Virus record (IMG/VR): IMGVR_UViG_3300021478_000015
Coordinates: 1-64,000 of that record
From: a virus
DNA: 64,000 nucleotides
Reading direction: 5' to 3' (one strand)
A program made the translations under genes and the position numbers. Of this stretch, positions 8,568-18,302 are shown in pieces (the first letter of the stretch is position 1; each line of letters opens with the position of its first letter). Under the pieces are notes generated by a model, which saw only the letters and a list, made by a program, of their open reading frames with translations, searched no databases and was not told the origin of the DNA.

Positions 8568-9148
8568 GCACCATGACCGCCGAGTTCGTACCCACCCTCG
8601 ATGCCCTGGAGCGGGACACCGAGCCCCTGGTGACCATCGAGCCCACCGACATCGCCCCGTCCGACCCGCGTCTCGACCCCAGCCTCATCGTCCCCTCGGT
8701 CGAGGTGGAGATGCCCACCGACGAGGTCTCCCCGACCCTGGTCATCCTGGACTACATCATTGATCCGGCTACCCCGCTCTTCGAGGGCATCGACACCTCG
8801 GTTGAGCCCCACTTCACCGTCTCGGAGGCGGCCAAGTTCTTCTTCCGGCGGTCCTCGCACTGGATCCGCCTGCAGGAGAACCTGTGCATCAAATGCCGCC
8901 AGCCGTGGCGGACCAAGGATCCCAACGTCTGCCCCAAGGACGGTGAGGAGCATGACATCGGCTTGATCCGCATCAATGGGGTCCGGGTGCCCCCGCCCCG
9001 CACTGAGGGCAACGCCCGCTACTACACCCTGGCCGATATCGAGAACACGGCCAGGGGCCTGTACGAGCAGAGTGTGATCGATCACAATCAACTGTCTTTT
9101 GCCCTGGCCATCGCCCGACTACAAGGACGATTGTGGGACTATCTCTAG
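8564..9148 (+). CDS. MerR-like HTH DNA-binding protein with Cys-rich insert
   Basis: FTVSEAAKFF.RSSHWIR ... RTEGNARYYTLADI. Confidence 0.7.
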   Translation: MSTMTAEFVPTLDALERDTEPLVTIEPTDIAPSDPRLDPSLIVPSVEVEMPTDEVSPTLVILDYIIDPATPLFEGIDTSVEPHFTVSEAAKFFFRRSSHWIRLQENLCIKCRQPWRTKDPNVCPKDGEEHDIGLIRINGVRVPPPRTEGNARYYTLADIENTARGLYEQSVIDHNQLSFALAIARLQGRLWDYL

Positions 9149-9149
9149 G

Positions 9150-9407
9150 ATGGTCAGTGTCGAGCCGTGCGAGAAGCATGAGATCATCAACTGCTCGGTC
9201 TGTCATAAGCCGCCGCCTCCACCCAGGATAAGGACCAGTGGAGATGGCGGTAAGTTTTCGTCTGGTCATGTGGCGGGTGGCAACGTCACTGTCACGGCTA
9301 AGTATCCGGGGCATTGTTATGAGTGCCGTGAGCCGTTTGAAGCTGGCGATCCCATTACCCGCTCGTTTGATGACGATGGCTGGATTTGTGGAGACTGTGC
9401 CGGATGA
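9150..9407 (+). CDS. small Zn-binding protein
   Basis: AKYPGHCYEC ... WICGDC. Confidence 0.65.
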   Translation: MVSVEPCEKHEIINCSVCHKPPPPPRIRTSGDGGKFSSGHVAGGNVTVTAKYPGHCYECREPFEAGDPITRSFDDDGWICGDCAG

Positions 9408-10201
9408 GACTCCTCGACAAGCCGGAAGTTTTCCTCGTTGCCTACCCGACCGTCGATTGGACCGAGATCCGCCGGTACTTACGCGCCGTCGATACCGACG
9501 CCCTGGAATGGGCTGACCGGGTTCAGGAATCTGGGCTCTCCGATGGTGAGAGCCTGGTGGAGTTCGGTGGCCGCCTGTGCTACCGGTCCTGGGTCGAGGG
9601 CCTCAACCCCAACGTCCGCCGGGTCCGCAAGGACTCCACCGACTACCTGGGCAACATCCTCGAATCCCACCACGGCTCGGTCATCGAACATGCCAACTAC
9701 AGCTTCGTGATGCACAACGTCTCCCGAGTGTTCACCCACGAACTGGTCCGCCACCGGGCCGGAGCGGCCTACTCCCAGGAGAGCATGCGCTTCGTCCGCT
9801 TGGACGACCTGCCATTTTGGATGCCCGAGTGGGCGCGTGACGACCCGGACCTGATGGGCCGCAGCATCGACCTGCTGCACCAGATGGAGCGCCATCAGCG
9901 CTGGATGGCCGAGCACTTCGGCCTGGACGACCCCGGCGTCCCTTTCAGTGAGAAGAAGGCCAAGACCTCCTTCATGCGCCGCTTTGCCCCCGATGGGGTG
10001 GCTACCGGGGTGCTCTGCACCATGAATATCCGCACCCTCCGGCATGTGATCTACATGCGGACCGCCCTCGGGGCCGAGGAGGAGATTCGCCTGGTCTTCG
10101 ATGAGGTGGCCTATATCTGCGCCGAGAAGTTTCCCGACCTGATGCAGGACTATTCCCCCGATGAGGATCGTGCTTGGATTCCGGAGTGGATCAAGGTCTA
10201 G
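9404..10201 (+). CDS. thyX: flavin-dependent thymidylate synthase
   Basis: GRLCY, HGSVIEH, SRVFTHELVRHR, SQESMRF. Confidence 0.97.
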   Translation: MRLLDKPEVFLVAYPTVDWTEIRRYLRAVDTDALEWADRVQESGLSDGESLVEFGGRLCYRSWVEGLNPNVRRVRKDSTDYLGNILESHHGSVIEHANYSFVMHNVSRVFTHELVRHRAGAAYSQESMRFVRLDDLPFWMPEWARDDPDLMGRSIDLLHQMERHQRWMAEHFGLDDPGVPFSEKKAKTSFMRRFAPDGVATGVLCTMNIRTLRHVIYMRTALGAEEEIRLVFDEVAYICAEKFPDLMQDYSPDEDRAWIPEWIKV

Positions 10202-10210
10202 GAGGCCTCT

Positions 10211-11125
10211 ATGACGGCTTGCGGCAAGCTGGTGACCGGCTACAACTCCCCCGACCGGGACAACCCTCAATCTGAGCACTGGGTGGAGCTACGCACTGGC
10301 TATCCCTGCTCGGTGGAGCTTGAGACCTCTGGAGCCCACCCCGGCCCCTGTGCGGCCGTAGAGCAGCCTCAGACCGTCACCTCCCGTCAGCGGTGGCTGG
10401 AGACCAACCGGAGGCGCACAGAGGACCTCAGGCACCAATCCTCGGGCCTGGGGGAGACCCAGGGTCGGCCTCTGACCTTCGCGGAGAATGCTGGGGCTGA
10501 TCCGGCCATCATCCACCCGGCCCAGGAGGTCCCCTGCCCGCTGTGCTCGGACTACGTCCTGGCCAAGGACCTTCCTGACCATCTTCGTCAGGTGCATGCC
10601 TCCACGGCCGCCACCGCCGTCCGGACCGTCCCTCCCAAGGCCGAGCGCGGTCCTGCCCCTCCGGGGTACTACTACGCCGGGGATGGTTCCGCGGAGGACA
10701 CCGGAGAGATGCACTCTTCGCCCTCCGGTCCTCGGGGTCAGATGCCCACCAGGGCCGACCGGCCCCACGATCAAGCTCTACCTGAGCCCAACACCCGCCC
10801 GGTCATGCATGAGGTGCTCATCGATCTGGTCTCCAAGCGCTTGGCCATCGGGGTCGAGCGCTACGGCACCGGCCTGCAGCCCATGAACGGTCGAGACGCC
10901 TTTCGCGATCTGGTCGAGGAACTGGTGGATGCCACCGTCTACACCCTGCAGATCCAGCATGAAAAAGCCGAGATGCTTGAATATGCTAAGGCTATCCATT
11001 ATTTGATCCTTCATCGTGTTACGCCTGAAGAACCTGCGGTGTTAGATGTGTTGATAAACCACATTGAAACATTATTGAGATGGCTGGGAGATCCGGTTGA
11101 GCACTCTGCTAATCGACGGGCATAA
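10211..11125 (+). CDS. Zn-finger protein with C-terminal all-alpha NTP-pyrophosphatase-like domain
   Basis: CPLC..HLRQVH; GVERYGT.LQP.NGRD..DLVEELVDATVY. Confidence 0.6.
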   Translation: MTACGKLVTGYNSPDRDNPQSEHWVELRTGYPCSVELETSGAHPGPCAAVEQPQTVTSRQRWLETNRRRTEDLRHQSSGLGETQGRPLTFAENAGADPAIIHPAQEVPCPLCSDYVLAKDLPDHLRQVHASTAATAVRTVPPKAERGPAPPGYYYAGDGSAEDTGEMHSSPSGPRGQMPTRADRPHDQALPEPNTRPVMHEVLIDLVSKRLAIGVERYGTGLQPMNGRDAFRDLVEELVDATVYTLQIQHEKAEMLEYAKAIHYLILHRVTPEEPAVLDVLINHIETLLRWLGDPVEHSANRRA

Positions 11126-12023
11126 CATCGCCCTTCGCTCCTTGTTCGCCATGAGCAAGGCCAAGCCCCTCAGCACCGAGGACGGCATCCCCACCGGAGC
11201 CCTCCACACCTGCATCATCACCATGGCCAGCTACATCAAGAGGATCCAGCCGGACCGGGTCATGGTGTGCTGGGACTCCGGCGGCTCCTCCTGGCGCAGC
11301 GAGGTCTTTCCTGAGTACAAGGCCGAGCGTTCCCACTCCAGCGACCCGAGCGACTACATCACCAAGCTGATCCTGTTCCTGGACCTGGCCGGGGTCCCCC
11401 AGATCGCCATGGCCCACCTGGAGGCCGATGATCTGATCGCGTCCTATTGGAATCATGAAAACTCAGATTCGATGTTACACATTCTAAGTGGGGACAAGGA
11501 TTTCTACCAGCTACTCGATCAGTGGACCATCATCCATCATCCCGGTGATAAAGAACCATGGACAGATGTCCGGTTCGAGAATGAGTTTGGATTTAAACCG
11601 GATAACATGCGGCTTGTCATGGCCTTGATGGGAGATAAGATTGATGGGATCCCAGGAGTGCCCGGAGTGGGCATGAAGACAGCGGTGAAGATCCTTGATA
11701 GCGTCTATGCTAATGAGCAGCAGTTGATCCATCTAGAGTCCTTCGGAAAGATCAAGATTCCACCAGGGGTGGTCAAGAGGAATCTTTCCCTGGTGGATCT
11801 GACCAAGATCTTCCTGACGGGTCTGCCCACACTCAACCAGTTTTCACCTACCGTCCCAGGTGGACAGGGCTGGGATGAACTTGTAGCATTCCTCGACCGG
11901 CTGGAACTTCACGTTGTTAAGGGTCGCCTTATGGCTCATCGTTTGTGGACGGAAGCCGGTTGGAGTCCGAAAAAACCGCAGGTGGAAGGCCATGAGAAAG
12001 GAGATCGCCTCTGGGCATATTGA
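11097..12023 (+). CDS. 5'-3' exonuclease / flap endonuclease (Pol I N-terminal-like)
   Basis: LLIDG, YKAER, EADDLIA, SGDKD, LMGDKIDGIPGVPGVGMKTA. Confidence 0.93.
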   Translation: MSTLLIDGHNIALRSLFAMSKAKPLSTEDGIPTGALHTCIITMASYIKRIQPDRVMVCWDSGGSSWRSEVFPEYKAERSHSSDPSDYITKLILFLDLAGVPQIAMAHLEADDLIASYWNHENSDSMLHILSGDKDFYQLLDQWTIIHHPGDKEPWTDVRFENEFGFKPDNMRLVMALMGDKIDGIPGVPGVGMKTAVKILDSVYANEQQLIHLESFGKIKIPPGVVKRNLSLVDLTKIFLTGLPTLNQFSPTVPGGQGWDELVAFLDRLELHVVKGRLMAHRLWTEAGWSPKKPQVEGHEKGDRLWAY

Positions 12024-12086
12024 TCAGGGTTCGTAGTCGCTGAAGACTTCGTTCCCTCGCAAGTCCCCAACTCACGAAGGAGACCC

Positions 12087-12761
12087 ATGAGGAAACTTCT
12101 ACTCATCCTCGCCGCCGCTATAGGCGGCACGTTTGCTTTAGCAGCACCGGCCCATGCTCAACCGGCCAGCCCGGTAGACGCCCCCTACCACCCGAGCCCC
12201 GTGGTCGCCGCCAGTGGTTCGCCCCCGGTGGTCCTCACCTCGGTGCGAACCCCGACGCTCCCGAGGTATCGAGTCGTTAGCGGCGACTCGCTCTGGAGCA
12301 TCGGGATCCGCCTCAACCGGCCGTGGACTGCGCTCGCTGCCTACAACCGGAGTCTGGTTCCCAACCCGAACCTCATCTACGTGGGTCAGGTCTTGACCAT
12401 TCCACCAGTTGGGTACTCGGGCTCGGTTGCACTACCCGTCCCGGCCCCTCGGTATTCATCTCCTGTTACCCATTCGGTAACCCACCACTACTCGGCTCCT
12501 GTGGTCACATATACACCCAGGCCAGCCCCAGTGGTGAGCAGCTATGCCGCGCCGGGCAGCTTCAAGGCGTGCGTCGAGATGCGAGAGTCCACCGATGGTC
12601 GAGGCTCCTCGAACCTGTACGGGATCTTGAACTCGACCTGGGCCAGCCTGGGCCGGTCAGGATCTGCCTACTCGGCCTCTCCGGCCGAGCAGTCTGCAGC
12701 TTTTGATCAGCTTTACGCCAAGGACGGCGCGCAGCCCTGGAGACCCTACGATGGGTGCTAG
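12087..12761 (+). CDS. secreted LysM plus Rpf-like lytic transglycosylase
   Basis: Signal peptide ending AHA; LysM YRVVSGDSLWSI..NPNLIYVGQVL; C..RES..TW..A..EQ..G..PW..C. Confidence 0.85.
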   Translation: MRKLLLILAAAIGGTFALAAPAHAQPASPVDAPYHPSPVVAASGSPPVVLTSVRTPTLPRYRVVSGDSLWSIGIRLNRPWTALAAYNRSLVPNPNLIYVGQVLTIPPVGYSGSVALPVPAPRYSSPVTHSVTHHYSAPVVTYTPRPAPVVSSYAAPGSFKACVEMRESTDGRGSSNLYGILNSTWASLGRSGSAYSASPAEQSAAFDQLYAKDGAQPWRPYDGC

Positions 12762-12787
12762 CACGTAGTCGCAACAACTTCGTGCTG

Positions 12788-12822
12788 GAGACCCCCTCCC
12801 GCCCGCCCTGGGAGGGGGTCTC
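12788..12822 (+). terminator. GC-rich hairpin terminator
   Basis: 13-bp inverted repeat GAGACCCCCTCCC/GGGAGGGGGTCTC. Confidence 0.65.
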
Positions 12823-12976
12823 TGCGCGCCAGGGTTGTGGGCCGACCGTTCAAGGTGGTAGCGTCCCCGCCGAGATCAGTCGGGCTGGATCCCCCTTGAT
12901 GCTCGCATTAGGTCGCCCCCTCACTGCTGGCCGGTGATGGGGCGGCCGACTCTTTCCCGAAAGGCGAGGGTACTGG

Positions 12977-13321
12977 GTGGTCAAGAAGGGTGGGGAGCCT
13001 ACCGGCTCTGCGGTGTCAACCAAACAACTGGCATACACCGTCAGAGACGGAAGGATAGTAGCTTTCCATCTTGAGGGGCAGGTAATCGCAGGGTATTTGG
13101 CTGGAATGGATGGATACCACTGGCTGGTGATAACGCCATCATTAGAGATTCATCTGGTACATAAGAGTTGCGCTCGCGTTGATCTCGGTAAGTTAGATCA
13201 GAAAGCTTCTCTCCCTAACGAGGCTAATAAAGATGAGATCGAGCGGTTGGTGCTCCCTTTTCGTCAGTGGCTTCGAGAGAGAGAAATAATCCCTCCGGGG
13301 CCGAGCCGAAAGGGCGACTAG
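12977..13321 (+). CDS. hypothetical protein
   Basis: ORF at head of replication operon. Confidence 0.65.
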   Translation: MVKKGGEPTGSAVSTKQLAYTVRDGRIVAFHLEGQVIAGYLAGMDGYHWLVITPSLEIHLVHKSCARVDLGKLDQKASLPNEANKDEIERLVLPFRQWLREREIIPPGPSRKGD

Positions 13322-13777
13322 ATGCTAAGAGCTTACGAGACCGAGTTAGACGAACTCGGTGTTACCAGTGTGGTAGTCAGGCGGGCGCAGGCGGTAGAGG
13401 TCACATCCAAGACCACCGCCATTGATATTCGAGCAGTACATATCATCAAACAGCTTGCCGTGGATGCGGACTGGAACTGGCAAGCAATCCGGGATTACGT
13501 GCATGATCAGATCTGTCAGATCCACGGGGACTTCCCACCTATGCCCGCGGTGCAGGAATCGGGGATCTTCAAGGCCTTCTTGAAGCGCTGGCCCAACGAC
13601 GACTTCCCGGTCGTCACCGGCCCCCAGATCGCCCGCTACGCCTTCGAGGTGGAGGGTGGGTGGTGGTACGGAGCCCCTATCGGCTACGGCCGCTTCACCA
13701 AGGCCTCGGACGGCTATTTCGCCGTGCCCATCGCCACCAAGCTGGCCGCCGCGGCTCCTTTCCTCTCGGCCCTGTAG
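13322..13777 (+). CDS. hypothetical protein, possible initiator/loader partner
   Basis: Directly upstream of the DnaC-like gene. Confidence 0.7.
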   Translation: MLRAYETELDELGVTSVVVRRAQAVEVTSKTTAIDIRAVHIIKQLAVDADWNWQAIRDYVHDQICQIHGDFPPMPAVQESGIFKAFLKRWPNDDFPVVTGPQIARYAFEVEGGWWYGAPIGYGRFTKASDGYFAVPIATKLAAAAPFLSAL

Positions 13778-14650
13778 GTGCTGGAGCTTCCTCCGCTCCC
13801 CTCGGCGGTACACACGCTCAGCAACGAAGACTCTGATCGACTCAAGCGTGAGTTCGGTCCGGCGCTGGCGATCTCCCCCACCGATTGTAAGACCTGTGAT
13901 GGCACCGGCACCTTCCGGTGGTATGCCAGGGCCTCACTCGACTGGCAGGGCGCGCCTGATGTCATCGATGAGTTCAAATGCCCCTGCGATGATCAGTGGA
14001 TCCTCAGTCGATTTCTGCTGCACTGTGGCATCGAGTACAAGTATCAACGGTTTGATTGGTCCGATATCGCAGTAACCATGCCTGCGGAGATCAACGATTA
14101 CCTGAGTAATGCTCGCCAGATCATCGGGGCGGGACTAGGGCTGGTGCTCTATGGATCAGAGGGAACCGGTAAGACCCTCCTGGCCATCCTGTTGCTCAAG
14201 ACCCTCATCGCCAGGGGTCACCATGGATATTTCACCACCTACTCCAACATGATCCAACGCTTCAATGAAGGTCGTTTCGATAAGGAAGAACGACAGTGGT
14301 TCTTGCGCCGGGTCACCCATACCTCGGTTCTGGTCATCGATGACATCGGTCGCGAGCAGAAGCGTAAGACCTTGGAGAAGGATAAGGGAACAGTGGATTC
14401 CCTGCAGGCCACCGCCGAGTTCCTCTTCGAGGATGTGGTGCGTCACCGGGTGGGCATGGCGACACCAACCTTCATCACCTCGAACCTGGCCCTCGGTGAC
14501 ATCGCCAGCAAATACGGCAGCAATGTCATGAGCCTCTTGGCCGAGCAGGCCATCCCGGTGGAACTGACCGGCATGGACTGGCGCAACACCAGTTCGGCTC
14601 GGGGCATGGAGGAACTGCGTCAAGGGTTACGTCGCCCCGTGGTCCTGTAG
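13778..14650 (+). CDS. DnaC/IstB-like AAA+ helicase loader
   Basis: CKTCDGTG..CPC, GSEGTGKT, LVIDDIG, ITSNL. Confidence 0.9.
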   Translation: MLELPPLPSAVHTLSNEDSDRLKREFGPALAISPTDCKTCDGTGTFRWYARASLDWQGAPDVIDEFKCPCDDQWILSRFLLHCGIEYKYQRFDWSDIAVTMPAEINDYLSNARQIIGAGLGLVLYGSEGTGKTLLAILLLKTLIARGHHGYFTTYSNMIQRFNEGRFDKEERQWFLRRVTHTSVLVIDDIGREQKRKTLEKDKGTVDSLQATAEFLFEDVVRHRVGMATPTFITSNLALGDIASKYGSNVMSLLAEQAIPVELTGMDWRNTSSARGMEELRQGLRRPVVL

Positions 14651-15979
14651 ATGTCCAACTATCCCGAGCAGCAACTGATCTGCCATCTCACTGACAGCGA
14701 CTCGCTGGCCTTCCTGGTCCAGGAGGGTCTCAACCTGGATGTCATACCCACTGCATCCCTGCGGGAAGTGGTGACCTTCGCGCTGGAGTACTTCATGAAC
14801 TCCGGGAGTCAGCTAGCTCCCACCATCGAAGTGCTCGACACCCACGAAGTATCGGCTGGGCGCACCTTCGGCAACATGCTGGATGACATGGAGATCCCCT
14901 GGCGCGAAGGCTACGAGGCCAGCCTGGAGTGGATCATGGTGGACCTGCGCGCTCGCTACCTCACGGTCAAATCCCAGACCCTGATGCGGGACATCTCCGC
15001 CAAGATGGCTGACACCGATGCCGCTGATCGCCTCGAAGTATTCAGTGGTTTCGTCACTGAATGCACCGAGATAATCATGGGCCTGCAGGAGCGGCGGACC
15101 AAGGTGGAGATGACCGCCGACATCGGCACCCGCCTTTTGGCCTATGAGGACCGAGTGGAGAACAAGGACCTTCGCACCGGGCTCACCATGGGCCTGGACG
15201 AGGTCGATGCCGTTACCTCTATGATCCATCCCGGTGAACTGGCCATGCTGGCCGCCTACGCCAAGCTGGGCAAGAGCTTTGCCCTGGACCTGATCGCCCT
15301 CAAGGCCTGGAAGGCCGGGCTGCGGGTGGTGCTGTACACGCTGGAGAACGCCATCGACATGACCCTTGACCGCATGGCCTGCTTGGTGGCCGGGATCGAT
15401 CCGGCCAAGTGGCAGCGCGGCGAGTGCATCGACATCGAGGTGCAGCGGGTCCGGGACCAGATCTCCGACATGGAGAAGTCCGACAACCCCTTACACATCC
15501 TGGCCCCCGACCCTGGCCAGCGCACCCCGCAGGCCATGGTCCGCATGGCCCAGATCCTCGACGGCGAAGCCATCGTGATCGATCAACTCAGCCACATCGA
15601 GCATCCCTCCGGGGACCCCGGCCGCAAACGGGCCGACATCATCGAGACCGAGAAGTTGCGATCGTTGCGATTGCTGGTGTCCACCGGCCGCCACCGCATG
15701 TCCTGCTTGGTGGCTCACCAGATCAACCGGGAGGGTAAGAAGGCCGCCGACAAACGGGGCTGGCATGAGATGTACGACCTGGCGGAAACGTCAGGAGCAG
15801 AGCGCGAGACCGATCTGGTTTGCAGCATGTACCAGTCCAATGACATGATGCAGATCAAACAGGTATTGTTCCAGATCCTGGCTTCGAGAAGAACCCCCAT
15901 CAAATGGTGGGAGATCAAGTGGATGATGGAGCAAGGGGCTGTGTGGGTGCAGAACGAGAAGACTCCCTATGCCAGTTAG
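14651..15979 (+). CDS. dnaB: DnaB-like replicative helicase
   Basis: AYAKLGKS, YTLEN, IVIDQL, HQINR. Confidence 0.9.
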   Translation: MSNYPEQQLICHLTDSDSLAFLVQEGLNLDVIPTASLREVVTFALEYFMNSGSQLAPTIEVLDTHEVSAGRTFGNMLDDMEIPWREGYEASLEWIMVDLRARYLTVKSQTLMRDISAKMADTDAADRLEVFSGFVTECTEIIMGLQERRTKVEMTADIGTRLLAYEDRVENKDLRTGLTMGLDEVDAVTSMIHPGELAMLAAYAKLGKSFALDLIALKAWKAGLRVVLYTLENAIDMTLDRMACLVAGIDPAKWQRGECIDIEVQRVRDQISDMEKSDNPLHILAPDPGQRTPQAMVRMAQILDGEAIVIDQLSHIEHPSGDPGRKRADIIETEKLRSLRLLVSTGRHRMSCLVAHQINREGKKAADKRGWHEMYDLAETSGAERETDLVCSMYQSNDMMQIKQVLFQILASRRTPIKWWEIKWMMEQGAVWVQNEKTPYAS

Positions 15980-17075
15980 GACCAAGTTCACATCCGGGGC
16001 CTCAGCGGCCAAGGAGAAGGCTGGGGAGCGGGGTGGCGACTTCCTGGCCTTCTCCTTGCTACCTGACCAGGAGAAGGAGCAACTGGCCCGTACCCTCCTG
16101 GCCGAGTTTGGCGTGACCCACATCGCCAACGTCACCGACCGGGGCGAGATGATCCACTCCTGCTGCCTGCCCCTCGGGGGCCACCGCAACGGGGACGCCA
16201 ACCCCTCGGCCTCGCTCAACTTCCACAAGCTCACCTACAACTGCTACGGCTGCGGCAACAGCGGCGGCCTGCTGTGGTTCATCGCCACCTGCCGCGGCAC
16301 CTCCTCCGAGGACGCCCGCACCTGGCTGGGTACCCAGACCGGCGTGGGCGAGGAGCAGGACCTGGCCGCCCTGCTGGCCTACTTCGACGCTGTGTGGTCC
16401 CCTAAGCGGGTCGAGCGCCCGCCCATACCCAAGCTCGATCCTCGCATCCTGGAGCCCTGGCGGGCCATCCACCCGTGGCTCACCGACTTCCGTCACATCC
16501 CGGTCGAGACCATCATCGACTTCGACGTGGGTTACGACCCCGAGTGCAAGATCCCCATTCATGCACCCGGCGAGCCGGTCCGCTTCATCACCTCGGAGCG
16601 CATCATCATCCCGCACTGGTGGAGAGGCAATCTGGTGGGCTGGCAATCTCGCCGTTTGAACAAGGATGGCACCGCCAAGTACCTCAACTCCGGGGACTTC
16701 CCACGGGAGTTCTCCATCTATCACTACGACCCCAAGTACTCGCCGGTTGTGGTCGAGTCACCTATGAGCGTACTCTCCAAGCATCATATCTGCCCGTTCA
16801 TGGAGGCCACCTTCGGGGCCAAGGTCACCGATTATCAGATCAATCTCCTGGCTAGTCACTTCCGCGTCACTCTGTTCTACGACAACGATGAAGCAGGGTG
16901 GGGAGCCACTGAGAAGGTCGGAGAAGCCTTGCTGGCCTATACCGACGTGTTCGTGGTGGACAATCCCTTCAACGCTGACGCCGCTGATCTCTCCGATGAA
17001 GTCTTCATGGATCTGATCACTCATCCTATCCCCTTTAGCATGTGGCGTCCACCGAAGAAGCTACTGGAGATCTGA
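15969..17075 (+). CDS. DNA primase (CHC2 zinc finger plus TOPRIM)
   Basis: C..H..D.NPS..YNCYGC, VVVES, YDNDEAG. Confidence 0.9.
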   Translation: MPVRTKFTSGASAAKEKAGERGGDFLAFSLLPDQEKEQLARTLLAEFGVTHIANVTDRGEMIHSCCLPLGGHRNGDANPSASLNFHKLTYNCYGCGNSGGLLWFIATCRGTSSEDARTWLGTQTGVGEEQDLAALLAYFDAVWSPKRVERPPIPKLDPRILEPWRAIHPWLTDFRHIPVETIIDFDVGYDPECKIPIHAPGEPVRFITSERIIIPHWWRGNLVGWQSRRLNKDGTAKYLNSGDFPREFSIYHYDPKYSPVVVESPMSVLSKHHICPFMEATFGAKVTDYQINLLASHFRVTLFYDNDEAGWGATEKVGEALLAYTDVFVVDNPFNADAADLSDEVFMDLITHPIPFSMWRPPKKLLEI

Positions 17076-17404
17076 TGCAGATCGAGTTCCATGCCGTCAT
17101 CTTCGATGAGGACCAGGCCCGCCGCAATCATAAGTGGGGTGAGGTAGGGTTCTCCTTCTCCGGCATGAGTGAGGCGCAACGCACGTTGCTGATGTCTATC
17201 CTTCGTCGCACCGCCGATCGGCTGGAAGAGCATAGAGAGGAGACCGCCATGTCACTACGAAAGACCGGCTCAGGCCAAATCCTGGGCGAGGACAAGCCCA
17301 CCGAGAAGACGGCCACCAGGGGGAACTGGGGCATCGAGGACTCCGATGAACTGGCCGCCGAGATGACCGAAGAGGAGCGTCGAGCCGCGGAGCATGCCCA
17401 ATAA
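17075..17404 (+). CDS. hypothetical protein
   Basis: TGATG overlap; possible internal start at 17249 after AGGAG. Confidence 0.6.
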   Translation: MQIEFHAVIFDEDQARRNHKWGEVGFSFSGMSEAQRTLLMSILRRTADRLEEHREETAMSLRKTGSGQILGEDKPTEKTATRGNWGIEDSDELAAEMTEEERRAAEHAQ

Positions 17405-18302
17405 CCCACCTACCCGGCCGCCCTGGGAGCGAGCCCGGCCGGACATCAAGCCACCCACGCTGAGACGGAGCGCCGGTCCTGGTGACGGAGCCTTCGCGGA
17501 CGACATCTGGGTTGGGGACCCCGAGGAGTGGGTGGCCGAGCGCAGCCCGGCCTACGTGGCCCAGGAGCGGCCAAGACCCTATGCCGTGGAGACCGGACCC
17601 ATGGAGTTCACCTCCTGCGTGGGCCTGCAGCGCTGGCCCCTGATCGTCTGGGATGTCAACGCCTACTACGCCGAGCTTGGCATCCCCTGGATGGCCACCC
17701 GCTCCGAGATTAGAGAGGCCTACCAGCGCCGTCACGGTGACACCTCCGATCGGCTGACTTACATCGTCAAGCAACTGCTCGATCCCGAAGTTAGAGACCA
17801 GTACGACGCCTGCCAGCCGGGTGCAGTGTTCTTCGACCGCTACATCGCCGCTTACGTCAAGAATCAGATGTTGCGCGACCATGTGATCGAGCATGGGCGT
17901 ATCCTGAACTTCGAGGAGGTCGAAGACCTCAACACCATTGATCTAAGCAAATATATGAATCGGCCGTTTGACACGATCACACCCGAGGGGCAGAATGTGC
18001 CCAGCCGTTGGCGTTGGGGGTTCTACCTGTGGGCCTCGGATGACTACGACACCGCCAAGCTTCGACAGTGGCAGGGACTGCTGATCGAAGCACTCGCACG
18101 AAAGGGGGCCGTTCTCAATCTCAGCGTCGGTCTGGTCGGAGGTTCTCTGGAGCCAATGAAGGTCGAGGCGGTTGGCTACCGGGTGGTCGCATTCCTGAGT
18201 GACACTGAACAGCCGATTCCACAGTTGGCAGAGGCCGCTGCGGACCGTGTGATTAGTACCGCGTCAAGTATGCAATCCGAAAGGATCCATCGTCATGTCT
18301 AA
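17394..18302 (+). CDS. protein with degenerate DnaJ J-domain
   Basis: YYAELGI...ATRSEIREAY..HGD..LLDPEVRDQYD. Confidence 0.7.
   Translation: MPNNPPTRPPWERARPDIKPPTLRRSAGPGDGAFADDIWVGDPEEWVAERSPAYVAQERPRPYAVETGPMEFTSCVGLQRWPLIVWDVNAYYAELGIPWMATRSEIREAYQRRHGDTSDRLTYIVKQLLDPEVRDQYDACQPGAVFFDRYIAAYVKNQMLRDHVIEHGRILNFEEVEDLNTIDLSKYMNRPFDTITPEGQNVPSRWRWGFYLWASDDYDTAKLRQWQGLLIEALARKGAVLNLSVGLVGGSLEPMKVEAVGYRVVAFLSDTEQPIPQLAEAAADRVISTASSMQSERIHRHV

Noticed and set aside
12024-12086. c-di-AMP riboswitch expected upstream of an Rpf-like gene
   Set aside because: Spacer is only ~60 nt and lacks the ydaO consensus
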